Shown here: positions 28,623 through 40,692 of the stretch, in pieces | Numbering within the stretch: the stretch's first letter is position 1 | Layout: each line of letters starts with the position of its first letter | The notes under the pieces: generated by a model | Databases searched by the model: none | What the model saw: only the letters and a program-made list of their open reading frames with translations | Told to the model about the DNA's origin: nothing | Source: Escherichia coli | GTDB taxonomy: Bacteria; Pseudomonadota; Gammaproteobacteria; Enterobacterales; Enterobacteriaceae | Direction: 5' to 3' (one strand) | DNA length: 64,000 nucleotides | Assembly: GCF_051903065.1 (NCBI RefSeq) | Contig: NZ_CP178438.1 | Position numbers and translations under genes: made by a program

Positions 28623-29997
28623 GCGGCATCCCCAATACGCGGATTAACTCTTCAAAGGTGGTTAAGCCTTGCTCCACGGCCAGGCAGCCGTTTTCAAAAA
28701 GCGTTCGCATACCCGCCTGTCGGGCGTGCGTTTCCAGCGATTCAACGTCGGTATTAGCGGAAATAAGCTGACGTATGACCGGTGTTATGGGCAGAACTTC
28801 AAATAAGGCAGTGCGACCATAAAAACCGTGGTAGCAATGTACACAACCGGGTGCCTGCCAATGGGGCAGCGGCGACGGCCATACATTGTCTGGAATATGG
28901 ATGAGCTCCCCTTGCTGTCGGCGACAATGTGGGCAAAGTTTACGTACCAGACGCTGGGCTATTACCAGCGTAAGCGCCGATGATAGCATCCAGCGGGCGA
29001 CCCCCATTTGCTGTAAACGTACCAGCGTTTCAGTGGTGGAATTGGTGTGTAGCGTGGACAACACCAGGTGACCGGTTTGCGCGGCTTTAATGGCAATTTC
29101 TGCCGTTTCGCCATCGCGGATCTCTCCGATCATGATGACGTCAGGATCCTGGCGCAATAACGCACGCAAAACGCCCTGAAAGGTGAGCCCGGCACGCGGA
29201 TGGATTTGCGTCTGGTTTAGTCCGGCTATGGGGATCTCAACCGGATCTTCGACGCTACAAATATTAATGTCAGCGGTATTCAGCTTTTGCAGGGCACTAT
29301 AAAGTGTGACCGTTTTGCCGCTGCCGGTAGGGCCAGTTACCAGCACCAGTCCCTGCGGTTGTTGCAAGGCATGAGCAAAGTCCGCCAGTTGTAACGGCTG
29401 CATTCCCAGCGTGTTAACATCCAGTGCCTGGCTCACCTGCTGTAACAACCTTAATACCACCTTTTCACCACCCCGACATGGTAAGGTCGCAATACGAAAT
29501 GAGACGGCGTTTCCTGCCAGTTCGACAGTGAATTGCCCGTCCTGCGGCAGGCGATGTTCCGCAATATCCAGGTTTCCCAGCACTTTTAATCTGGCGGTTA
29601 ATGCGACTCCGGCATCCGGTGAAACATCCGGTAAAGGATGCAATACGCCGTCGATACGCAAGCGGATGCGGTAGGCATTGTCCGCTGGTTCGATATGAAT
29701 ATCAGACGCGCGTTGTTCCAGCGCAGATTGTAACGTTCGAGTCAGCAACTCTGCTTTGGGCTGATGCTTCTCCTGAACAGCTACGGGCAATGTCTGTTGT
29801 GTGCGACTGGCGTGACCTTCCATTTGTTGGCGCGTCCAGCAGGTGATCTCAATACGTTTGGTGGTAGCGAAATGCAATGCGTCCAGCAACTCATGTGAGG
29901 GGGCATCGACCACCGCAACATGAACCACTTCTTCGCTGGCATCCAGCAAGACTCCCTGATAACGCAGGCACAGGGCCGTGAGCTGTGGAATATTCAT
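28612..29997 (-). CDS. hofB: Type IV pilus assembly ATPase HofB (PilB/GspE family)
   Basis: 461-aa ORF with Walker A GPTGSGKT and tetracysteine motif. Confidence 0.94.
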   Translation of the reverse strand: MNIPQLTALCLRYQGVLLDASEEVVHVAVVDAPSHELLDALHFATTKRIEITCWTRQQMEGHASRTQQTLPVAVQEKHQPKAELLTRTLQSALEQRASDIHIEPADNAYRIRLRIDGVLHPLPDVSPDAGVALTARLKVLGNLDIAEHRLPQDGQFTVELAGNAVSFRIATLPCRGGEKVVLRLLQQVSQALDVNTLGMQPLQLADFAHALQQPQGLVLVTGPTGSGKTVTLYSALQKLNTADINICSVEDPVEIPIAGLNQTQIHPRAGLTFQGVLRALLRQDPDVIMIGEIRDGETAEIAIKAAQTGHLVLSTLHTNSTTETLVRLQQMGVARWMLSSALTLVIAQRLVRKLCPHCRRQQGELIHIPDNVWPSPLPHWQAPGCVHCYHGFYGRTALFEVLPITPVIRQLISANTDVESLETHARQAGMRTLFENGCLAVEQGLTTFEELIRVLGMPHGE

Positions 29998-30006
29998 TGC
30001 CGCTCC

Positions 30007-30447
30007 TTAGTTGGCGTCATCAAAGCGGAAGACATCTTCGCAGGCTTGCTGCAATGCGCTGTCACTTTGAATATTGCAGTTGCGCGCCCAGCCGGTGACG
30101 CCGTTTGCGTTATCCCAACCTGGCGTCATGACGACGCTTAGCCCATTGAGACTTTCTTGCCCGGTCAGCGACACCACGCCCTTTGCCACACTCATGGCTG
30201 AAACATAGCGGGTGGTGGTAGGCGAGGGAATGCCATTGCTGCCACCGTCGCAGGTATCTAATCCACCATGTTCCAGCGCGCACAACTCTACGGCGGTACG
30301 GTAAGGCACAAAGGTTTGTAGCATGTCGGTGAGTGCGGCTTTGCGCAGGTAGTTTTGATAAGCGGGAATACCAATGGCGCTTAAAATGGCAATGATGCCA
30401 ATAACCACCATCAGTTCGATAAGTGTAAAACCGCGTTGCTTGTCCAT
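30007..30447 (-). CDS. ppdD: Prepilin-type major pilin PpdD
   Basis: 146-aa ORF with class III leader and N-methylation site GFTLIELMVV. Confidence 0.94.
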   Translation of the reverse strand: MDKQRGFTLIELMVVIGIIAILSAIGIPAYQNYLRKAALTDMLQTFVPYRTAVELCALEHGGLDTCDGGSNGIPSPTTTRYVSAMSVAKGVVSLTGQESLNGLSVVMTPGWDNANGVTGWARNCNIQSDSALQQACEDVFRFDDAN

Positions 30448-30649
30448 CTGTTTCGCTCCTTGATTTGGTTGGTGCTACTTTGGCAAACGCCATCAGCACA
30501 GGCGAGGGGCAAAAAACGAAACGGGAAAGCTGCTTCCGAGGTTTTTTATTTCGTTGCAGCGAAAGACAAGAAATTTGCGAGGCGTTACGAAGAAGGTTGG
30601 GGAAGGGGAGATTATCCGCCCACTATGGAGCGGATAAATCTGTCAGCAA

Positions 30650-31603
<954 letters not shown>

Positions 31604-31630
31604 TTAGCACCACATATAAGGAGATCCTGC

Positions 31631-32182
31631 ATGTTGTTAGAACAGGGGTGGCTGGTTGGCGCGCGCCGCGTTCCCTCACCACATTACGATTGCCGCCCGG
31701 ATGACGAAACACCCACCCTGCTGGTTGTGCACAATATTAGCCTGCCGCCAGGCGAGTTTGGCGGTCCGTGGATCGACGCATTATTCACTGGAACTATTGA
31801 TCCGCAGGCACATCCTTTCTTTGCTGAGATCGCCCATTTGCGCGTCTCCGCTCACTGTTTGATTCGCCGTGATGGTGAAATAGTCCAGTATGTTCCTTTC
31901 GATAAACGTGCATGGCATGCGGGAGTCTCTCAGTATCAGGGGCGCGAACGCTGCAATGATTTTTCTATTGGGATTGAGCTTGAAGGCACCGATACGCTGG
32001 CGTATACCGATGCGCAGTATCAACAGCTTGCGGCGGTTACGCGGGCACTGATTGATTGCTATCCGGATATCGCTAATAACATGACGGGCCATTGTGATAT
32101 TGCGCCGGATCGGAAAACCGATCCCGGTCCTGCATTTGATTGGGCACGGTTTCGTGCGCTGGTCAGCAAGGAGACAACATGA
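31631..32182 (+). CDS. ampD: Anhydro-N-acetylmuramyl-L-alanine amidase AmpD
   Basis: 183-aa amidase_2 family ORF. Confidence 0.95.
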
Positions 32183-33033
32183 CGCTATTTACAACCTTAC
32201 TGGTGTTAATTTTCGAGCGCCTGTTTAAGTTGGGCGAGCACTGGCAGCTTGATCATCGTCTTGAAGCGTTCTTTCGGCGGGTGAAACATTTTTCTCTCGG
32301 GCGCACGTTAGGCATGACCATTATTGCGATGGGCGTGACTTTTTTACTGTTACGCGCATTGCAGGGAGTATTGTTCAACGTTCCCACGCTGCTGGTGTGG
32401 CTGCTGATTGGTTTGCTGTGTATTGGCGCAGGTAAAGTTCGTCTTCATTATCATGCTTATCTGACAGCTGCTTCACGTAATGATAGCCATGCCCGTGCCA
32501 CGATGGCTGGCGAACTCACCATGATTCACGGCGTCCCGGCAGGCTGCGACGAACGTGAGTATTTGCGTGAGCTGCAAAATGCATTGCTGTGGATTAACTT
32601 TCGTTTTTATCTTGCACCGCTGTTCTGGCTGATTGTGGGGGGAACCTGGGGACCCGTTACGCTGATGGGGTATGCGTTCTTGCGTGCATGGCAATACTGG
32701 CTGGCGCGATACCAGACGCCGCATCATCGTTTACAGTCCGGCATTGATGCCGTGCTTCATGTACTGGATTGGGTGCCGGTTCGTCTTGCGGGTGTGGTAT
32801 ATGCCTTGATCGGTCATGGTGAGAAAGCGTTACCGGCCTGGTTTGCTTCGCTGGGTGATTTCCATACTTCGCAATATCAGGTATTAACGCGTCTGGCGCA
32901 GTTCTCTCTGGCGCGTGAACCGCATGTCGATAAGGTGGAGACGCCGAAGGCAGCGGTTTCAATGGCGAAGAAAACCTCGTTCGTGGTCGTGGTGGTGATT
33001 GCGCTACTGACGATTTACGGGGCGTTGGTGTAA
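32179..33033 (+). CDS. ampE: Inner membrane protein AmpE
   Basis: 284-aa membrane protein starting [10 protein letters not shown]; ATGA overlap with ampD. Confidence 0.93.
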
Positions 33034-33075
33034 AGATTATTGCCCTCACCCTGTACGGGTGAGGGCGTAGAGAGA

Positions 33076-34449
33076 TTAATGCGCTTTTACGGCTTTGGCG
33101 GTTTTCTCTTTAAACAGATAGCCGATACCTAACACGATCAGCCATACCGGGATCAGGTATACCGAAATCGCCATTCCTGGGGTCATCAGCATAATCACCA
33201 GTACCGCCGCCATAAACAGCAGGCAGATCCAGTTACCCAGCGGATAAAGCAGAGCAGGGAAGCGAGTTACCACGCCTTGTTCCTGCTTGGCGCGACGGAA
33301 CTTCATATGCGCCAGACTGATCATCGCCCAGTTGATCACCAGTGCGGATACCACCAGTGCCATTAACAGGCCAAATGCGGATTCCGGAGCAAGATAGTTA
33401 ATCAATACGCACAATGCTGTAACCAGCGCAGACACCAGAATGGTGTTAACCGGTACGCCGCGTTTATCGACAGACGCCAGCGCTTTTGGCGCATTACCCT
33501 GTTGTGCCAGACCAAACAGCATACGGCTGTTGCAATATACGCAGCTGTTGTACACGGAGAGCGCCGCAGTCAGTACCACGATGTTCAGCGCATTCGCCAC
33601 AAAGGTATCGCCTAACTCGTGGAAGATCAGCACAAACGGACTGGTATCGGCGGTAACGCGGGTCCACGGCATCAGTGAGAGCAGAACGGCTAACGAACCA
33701 ATATAGAAAATCAGGATGCGGTAGATAACCTGGTTAGTCGCTTTCGGGATACTTTGCTCCGGGTTATCAGCTTCTGCTGCGGTGATCCCCACCAGTTCCA
33801 GACCACCGAACGAGAACATGATAATCGCCATCATCATCACCAGCCCGGTGAAGCCGTGCGGCAGGAAACCGCCCTGATCCCACAGGTTGCTAACGCTTGC
33901 CTGCGGACCGCCGTTACCACTGAACAGCAGCCAGCCGCCGAAGATGATCATCGCTACTACCGCAATAACTTTGATAATGGCAAACCAGAACTCCATCTCA
34001 CCAAACACTTTTACGTTGGTCAGGTTGATGGCGTTAATCACCACAAAGAACACGGCGGCAGAAACCCAGGTTGGGATTTCCGGATACCAGAACTGAATGT
34101 ATTTACCCACAGCAGTCAGCTCTGCCATGGCAACTAAAACGTACAGTACCCAGTAGTTCCAGCCAGAGGCGAAACCGGCAAAACTGCCCCAGTATTTATA
34201 AGCAAAGTGGCTAAAGGAGCCTGCGACAGGTTCTTCGACCACCATTTCACCCAGCTGACGCATGATCAGAAAGGCGATAAAACCAGCAATGGCGTATCCC
34301 AGGATAATCCCTGGCCCTGCGGACTGTATTACGGAGGCGCTACCCAGGAATAACCCGGTCCCTATCGCGCCACCCAGCGCGATAAGCTGAATATGGCGGT
34401 TTTTAAGGCCGCGCTTTAGCTGCTCGCCGTGCTGTTGACCTTCCATCAT
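33076..34449 (-). CDS. aroP: Aromatic amino acid:H+ symporter AroP (APC family)
   Basis: 457-aa 12-TM permease ORF. Confidence 0.96.
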   Translation of the reverse strand: MMEGQQHGEQLKRGLKNRHIQLIALGGAIGTGLFLGSASVIQSAGPGIILGYAIAGFIAFLIMRQLGEMVVEEPVAGSFSHFAYKYWGSFAGFASGWNYWVLYVLVAMAELTAVGKYIQFWYPEIPTWVSAAVFFVVINAINLTNVKVFGEMEFWFAIIKVIAVVAMIIFGGWLLFSGNGGPQASVSNLWDQGGFLPHGFTGLVMMMAIIMFSFGGLELVGITAAEADNPEQSIPKATNQVIYRILIFYIGSLAVLLSLMPWTRVTADTSPFVLIFHELGDTFVANALNIVVLTAALSVYNSCVYCNSRMLFGLAQQGNAPKALASVDKRGVPVNTILVSALVTALCVLINYLAPESAFGLLMALVVSALVINWAMISLAHMKFRRAKQEQGVVTRFPALLYPLGNWICLLFMAAVLVIMLMTPGMAISVYLIPVWLIVLGIGYLFKEKTAKAVKAH

Positions 34450-34941
34450 GAAACCTCGTGCGGTGATTGTTTTTTTGATCTACGCAGTGATGCGTGTGTA
34501 AGTTTGCAATTCCGTTTGTTGTATTAATTTGTTTACATCAAAGAATTTTGAATTGTTACAAAAAGACTTCCGTCAGATCAAGAATAATGGTATGCGGCAG
34601 CGAATGCACCCGCTTTATGCATGGTTGAAGATGAGTTGCTTAAAAAGAAACCGTTTGTAAAGCTCAGCCTCAACCCCTCTCAATATGCAGAATGAATTTA
34701 AATTCGTTTTAATTGAATTAAAAATCACAAAATTGGTAAGTGAATCGGTTCAATTCGGATTTTTATAGTTTAATAATCGTTAAAAAATCCCTTTCCTACG
34801 TAAAGTCTACATTTGTGCATAGTTACAACTTTGAAACGTTATATATGTCAAGTTGTTAAAATGTGCACAGTTTCATGATTTCAATCAAAACCTGTATGGA
34901 CATAAGGTGAATACTTTGTTACTTTAGCGTCACAGACATGA

Positions 34942-34958
34942 AATTGGTAAGACCAATT
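34942..34958. promoter_or_regulatory. PdhR box (AATTGGTAAGACCAATT palindrome) in the pdhR promoter region
   Basis: Perfect 17-bp palindrome matching the ATTGGT-N3-ACCAAT PdhR operator consensus, 32 bp upstream of pdhR ATG. Confidence 0.8.
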
Positions 34959-34989
34959 GACTTCGGCAAGTGGCTTAAGACAGGAACTC

Positions 34990-35754
34990 ATGGCCTACAG
35001 CAAAATCCGCCAACCAAAACTCTCCGATGTGATTGAGCAGCAACTGGAGTTTTTGATCCTCGAAGGCACTCTCCGCCCGGGCGAAAAACTCCCACCGGAA
35101 CGCGAACTGGCAAAACAGTTTGACGTCTCCCGTCCCTCCTTGCGTGAGGCGATTCAACGTCTCGAAGCGAAGGGCTTGTTGCTTCGTCGCCAGGGTGGCG
35201 GCACTTTTGTCCAGAGCAGCCTATGGCAAAGCTTCAGCGATCCGCTGGTAGAGCTGCTCTCCGACCATCCTGAATCACAGTATGACTTGCTCGAAACACG
35301 ACACGCCCTGGAAGGTATCGCCGCTTATTACGCCGCGCTGCGTAGTACCGATGAAGACAAGGAACGCATCCGTGAACTCCACCACGCCATAGAACTGGCG
35401 CAGCAGTCTGGCGATCTGGACGTGGAATCAAACGCCGTACTCCAGTATCAGATTGCCGTCACCGAAGCGGCCCACAATGTGGTTCTGCTTCATCTGCTAA
35501 GGTGTATGGAGCCGATGTTGGCCCAGAATGTCCGCCAGAACTTCGAATTGCTCTATTCGCGTCGCGAGATGCTGCCGCTGGTGAGTAGTCACCGCACCCG
35601 CATATTTGAAGCGATTATGGCCGGTAAGCCGGAAGAAGCGCGCGAAGCATCGCATCGCCATCTGGCCTTTATCGAAGAAATTTTGCTCGACAGAAGCCGT
35701 GAAGAAAGCCGCCGTGAGCGTTCTCTGCGTCGTCTGGAGCAACGAAAGAATTAG
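34990..35754 (+). CDS. pdhR: Pyruvate dehydrogenase complex repressor PdhR (GntR family)
   Basis: 254-aa product starting [17 protein letters not shown] within the longer ORF; GntR HTH plus FCD domain. Confidence 0.95.
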   Translation: MAYSKIRQPKLSDVIEQQLEFLILEGTLRPGEKLPPERELAKQFDVSRPSLREAIQRLEAKGLLLRRQGGGTFVQSSLWQSFSDPLVELLSDHPESQYDLLETRHALEGIAAYYAALRSTDEDKERIRELHHAIELAQQSGDLDVESNAVLQYQIAVTEAAHNVVLLHLLRCMEPMLAQNVRQNFELLYSRREMLPLVSSHRTRIFEAIMAGKPEEAREASHRHLAFIEEILLDRSREESRRERSLRRLEQRKN

Positions 35755-35914
35755 TGATTTTTCTGGTAAAAATTATCCAGAAGATGTTGTAAATCAAGCG
35801 CATATAAAAGCGCGGCAACTAAACGTAGAACCTGTCTTATTGAGCTTTCCGGCGAGAGTTCAATGGGACAGGTTCCAGAAAACTCAACGTTATTAGATAG
35901 ATAAGGAATAACCC

Positions 35915-38578
35915 ATGTCAGAACGTTTCCCAAATGACGTGGATCCGATCGAAACTCGCGACTGGCTCCAGGCGATCGAATCGGTCATCCGTGAAGAAGG
36001 TGTTGAGCGTGCTCAGTATCTGATCGACCAACTGCTTGCTGAAGCCCGCAAAGGCGGTGTCAACGTAGCCGCAGGCACCGGTATCAGCAACTACATCAAC
36101 ACCATCCCCGTTGAAGAACAACCGGAGTATCCGGGTAATCTGGAACTGGAACGCCGTATTCGTTCAGCTATCCGCTGGAACGCCATCATGACGGTTCTGC
36201 GTGCGTCGAAAAAAGACCTCGAACTGGGCGGCCACATGGCGTCCTTCCAGTCTTCCGCAACCATTTATGATGTGTGCTTTAACCACTTCTTCCGTGCACG
36301 CAACGAGCAGGATGGCGGCGACCTGGTTTACTTCCAGGGCCACATCTCCCCGGGCGTGTACGCTCGTGCTTTCCTGGAAGGTCGTCTGACTCAAGAGCAG
36401 CTGGATAACTTCCGTCAGGAAGTTCACGGCAATGGCCTCTCTTCCTATCCGCACCCGAAACTGATGCCGGAATTCTGGCAGTTCCCGACCGTATCTATGG
36501 GTCTGGGTCCGATTGGTGCTATTTACCAGGCTAAATTCCTGAAATATCTGGAACACCGTGGCCTGAAAGATACCTCTAAACAGACCGTTTACGCGTTCCT
36601 CGGCGACGGTGAAATGGACGAACCGGAATCCAAAGGTGCGATCACCATCGCTACCCGTGAAAAACTGGATAACCTGGTCTTCGTTATCAACTGTAACCTG
36701 CAGCGTCTTGACGGCCCGGTCACCGGTAACGGCAAGATCATCAACGAACTGGAAGGTATCTTCGAAGGTGCTGGCTGGAACGTGATCAAAGTGATGTGGG
36801 GTAGCCGTTGGGATGAACTGCTGCGTAAAGATACCAGCGGTAAACTGATCCAGCTGATGAACGAAACCGTTGACGGCGACTACCAGACCTTCAAATCGAA
36901 AGATGGTGCGTACGTTCGTGAACACTTCTTCGGTAAATATCCTGAAACCGCAGCACTGGTTGCAGACTGGACTGACGAACAGATCTGGGCACTGAACCGT
37001 GGTGGTCACGATCCGAAGAAAATCTACGCTGCATTTAAGAAAGCGCAGGAAACCAAAGGCAAAGCGACGGTAATCCTTGCTCATACCATTAAAGGTTACG
37101 GCATGGGCGACGCGGCTGAAGGTAAAAACATCGCGCACCAGGTTAAGAAAATGAACATGGACGGTGTGCGTCATATCCGCGACCGTTTCAATGTGCCGGT
37201 GTCTGATGCAGATATCGAAAAACTGCCGTACATCACCTTCCCGGAAGGTTCTGAAGAGCATACCTATCTGCACGCACAGCGTCAGAAACTGCACGGTTAT
37301 CTGCCAAGCCGTCAGCCGAACTTCACCGAGAAGCTTGAGCTGCCGAGCCTGCAAGACTTCGGCGCACTGCTGGAAGAGCAGAGCAAAGAGATCTCTACCA
37401 CTATCGCTTTCGTTCGTGCCCTGAACGTGATGCTGAAGAACAAGTCGATCAAAGATCGTCTGGTACCGATCATCGCCGACGAAGCGCGTACTTTCGGTAT
37501 GGAAGGTCTGTTCCGTCAGATTGGTATTTACAGCCCGAACGGTCAGCAGTACACCCCGCAGGACCGCGAGCAGGTTGCTTACTATAAAGAAGACGAGAAA
37601 GGTCAGATTCTGCAGGAAGGGATCAACGAGCTGGGCGCAGGTTGTTCCTGGCTGGCAGCGGCGACCTCTTACAGCACCAACAATCTGCCGATGATTCCGT
37701 TCTACATCTATTACTCGATGTTCGGCTTCCAGCGTATCGGCGATCTGTGCTGGGCGGCTGGCGACCAGCAAGCGCGTGGCTTCCTGATCGGCGGTACTTC
37801 CGGTCGTACCACCCTGAACGGTGAAGGTCTGCAGCACGAAGATGGTCACAGCCACATTCAGTCGCTGACTATTCCGAACTGTATCTCTTACGACCCGGCT
37901 TACGCTTACGAAGTTGCTGTCATTATGCATGACGGTCTGGAGCGTATGTACGGTGAAAAACAAGAGAACGTTTACTACTACATCACCACGCTGAACGAAA
38001 ACTACCACATGCCGGCAATGCCGGAAGGTGCTGAGGAAGGTATCCGTAAAGGTATCTACAAACTCGAAACCATTGAAGGTAGCAAAGGTAAAGTTCAGCT
38101 GCTGGGCTCCGGTTCTATCCTGCGTCACGTCCGTGAAGCGGCAGAGATCCTGGCGAAAGATTACGGCGTAGGTTCTGACGTTTATAGCGTGACCTCCTTC
38201 ACCGAGCTGGCGCGTGATGGTCAGGATTGTGAACGCTGGAACATGCTGCACCCGCTGGAAACTCCGCGCGTTCCGTATATCGCTCAGGTGATGAACGACG
38301 CTCCGGCAGTGGCATCTACCGACTATATGAAACTGTTCGCTGAGCAGGTCCGTACTTACGTACCGGCTGACGACTACCGCGTACTGGGTACTGATGGCTT
38401 CGGTCGTTCCGACAGCCGTGAGAACCTGCGTCACCACTTCGAAGTTGATGCTTCTTATGTCGTGGTTGCGGCGCTGGGCGAACTGGCTAAACGTGGCGAA
38501 ATCGATAAGAAAGTGGTTGCTGACGCAATCGCCAAATTCAACATCGATGCAGATAAAGTTAACCCGCGTCTGGCGTAA
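35915..38578 (+). CDS. aceE: Pyruvate dehydrogenase E1 component AceE
   Basis: 887-aa ORF. Confidence 0.98.
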
Positions 38579-38592
38579 GAGGTAAAAGAATA

Positions 38593-39480
38593 ATGGCTAT
38601 CGAAATCAAAGTACCGGACATCGGGGCTGATGAAGTTGAAATCACCGAGATCCTGGTCAAAGTGGGCGACAAAGTTGAAGCCGAACAGTCGCTGATCACC
38701 GTAGAAGGCGACAAAGCCTCTATGGAAGTTCCGTCTCCGCAGGCGGGTATTGTTAAAGAGATCAAAGTCTCTGTTGGCGATAAAACCCAGACCGGCGCAC
38801 TGATTATGATTTTCGATTCCGCCGACGGTGCAGCAGACGCTGCACCTGCTCAGGCAGAAGAGAAGAAAGAAGCAGCTCCGGCAGCAGCACCCGCGGCTGC
38901 GGCGGCAAAAGACGTTAACGTTCCGGATATCGGCAGCGACGAAGTTGAAGTGACCGAAATCCTGGTGAAAGTTGGCGATAAAGTTGAAGCTGAACAGTCG
39001 CTGATCACCGTAGAAGGCGACAAGGCTTCTATGGAAGTTCCGGCTCCGTTTGCAGGTACCGTGAAAGAGATCAAAGTGAACGTGGGTGACAAAGTGTCTA
39101 CCGGCTCGCTGATTATGGTCTTCGAAGTCGCGGGTGAAGCAGGCGCGGCAGCTCCGGCGGCTAAACAGGAAGCGGCTCCGGCAGCGGCCCCTGCACCAGC
39201 AGCTGGCGTGAAAGAAGTTAACGTTCCGGATATCGGCGGTGACGAAGTTGAAGTGACCGAAGTGATGGTGAAAGTGGGCGACAAAGTTGCCGCTGAACAG
39301 TCACTGATTACCGTAGAAGGCGACAAAGCTTCTATGGAAGTTCCGGCGCCGTTTGCAGGCGTCGTGAAGGAACTGAAAGTCAACGTTGGCGATAAAGTGA
39401 AAACTGGCTCGCTGATTATGATCTTCGAAGTTGAAGGCGCAGCGCCTGCGGCAGCTCCTGCGAAACAGGAAGCGGCAGCG
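38593..39480 (+). repeat. Three tandem ~300-bp repeats encoding the three lipoyl domains of AceF
   Basis: Near-identical protein segments ([37 protein letters not shown]) repeated three times. Confidence 0.85.
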
Positions 39481-40485
39481 CCGGCTCCGGCAGCAAAAGC
39501 TGAAGCCCCGGCAGCAGCACAAGCTGCGAAAGCGGAAGGCAAATCTGAATTTGCTGAAAACGACGCTTACGTTCACGCGACTCCGCTGATCCGCCGTCTG
39601 GCACGCGAGTTTGGCGTTAACCTGGCGAAAGTGAAGGGCACTGGCCGTAAAGGTCGTATCCTGCGCGAAGACGTTCAGGCTTACGTGAAAGAAGCTATCA
39701 AACGTGCAGAAGCAGCTCCGGCGGCGACTGGCGGCGGTATCCCAGGCATGCTGCCGTGGCCGAAGGTGGACTTCAGCAAGTTTGGTGAAATCGAAGAAGT
39801 GGAACTGGGCCGCATCCAGAAAATCTCTGGTGCGAACCTGAGCCGTAACTGGGTGATGATCCCGCATGTTACTCACTTCGACAAAACCGATATCACCGAG
39901 CTGGAAGCGTTCCGTAAACAGCAGAACGAAGAAGCGGCGAAACGTAAGCTGGATGTGAAGATCACCCCAGTTGTCTTCATCATGAAAGCCGTTGCTGCAG
40001 CGCTTGAGCAGATGCCTCGCTTCAACAGTTCGCTGTCGGAAGACGGTCAGCGTCTGACCCTGAAGAAATACATCAACATCGGTGTGGCGGTGGATACCCC
40101 GAACGGTCTGGTTGTTCCGGTATTCAAAGACGTCAACAAGAAAGGCATCATCGAGCTGTCTCGCGAGCTGATGACTATTTCTAAGAAAGCGCGTGACGGT
40201 AAGCTGACTGCGGGCGAAATGCAGGGCGGTTGCTTCACCATCTCCAGCATCGGCGGCCTGGGTACTACCCACTTCGCGCCGATTGTGAACGCGCCGGAAG
40301 TGGCTATCCTCGGCGTTTCCAAGTCCGCGATGGAGCCGGTGTGGAATGGTAAAGAGTTCGTGCCGCGTCTGATGCTGCCGATTTCTCTCTCCTTCGACCA
40401 CCGCGTGATCGACGGTGCTGATGGTGCCCGTTTCATTACCATCATTAACAACACGCTGTCTGACATTCGCCGTCTGGTGATGTAA
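38593..40485 (+). CDS. aceF: Dihydrolipoamide acetyltransferase E2 component AceF
   Basis: 630-aa ORF with three tandem lipoyl domains, Ala/Pro-rich linkers and C-terminal catalytic domain (DHRVIDG). Confidence 0.98.
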   Translation: MAIEIKVPDIGADEVEITEILVKVGDKVEAEQSLITVEGDKASMEVPSPQAGIVKEIKVSVGDKTQTGALIMIFDSADGAADAAPAQAEEKKEAAPAAAPAAAAAKDVNVPDIGSDEVEVTEILVKVGDKVEAEQSLITVEGDKASMEVPAPFAGTVKEIKVNVGDKVSTGSLIMVFEVAGEAGAAAPAAKQEAAPAAAPAPAAGVKEVNVPDIGGDEVEVTEVMVKVGDKVAAEQSLITVEGDKASMEVPAPFAGVVKELKVNVGDKVKTGSLIMIFEVEGAAPAAAPAKQEAAAPAPAAKAEAPAAAQAAKAEGKSEFAENDAYVHATPLIRRLAREFGVNLAKVKGTGRKGRILREDVQAYVKEAIKRAEAAPAATGGGIPGMLPWPKVDFSKFGEIEEVELGRIQKISGANLSRNWVMIPHVTHFDKTDITELEAFRKQQNEEAAKRKLDVKITPVVFIMKAVAAALEQMPRFNSSLSEDGQRLTLKKYINIGVAVDTPNGLVVPVFKDVNKKGIIELSRELMTISKKARDGKLTAGEMQGGCFTISSIGGLGTTHFAPIVNAPEVAILGVSKSAMEPVWNGKEFVPRLMLPISLSFDHRVIDGADGARFITIINNTLSDIRRLVM

Positions 40486-40491
40486 GTAAAA

Positions 40492-40518
40492 GAGCCGGCC
40501 CAACGGCCGGCTTTTTTC
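40492..40518 (+). terminator. Candidate rho-independent terminator after aceF
   Basis: AGCCGGCC-caac-GGCCGGCT hairpin followed by TTTTTT. Confidence 0.65.
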
Positions 40519-40692
40519 TGGTAATCTCATGAATGTATTGAGGTTATTAGCGAATAGACAAATCGGTTGCCGTTTGTTGTTTAAAAATTGTTAACAATTT
40601 TGTAAAATACCGACGGATAGAACGACCCGGTGGATAATGGGCGTCATAAAAAAAACGTCAGACCCGCCGGAGATAAATATATAGAGGTCATG

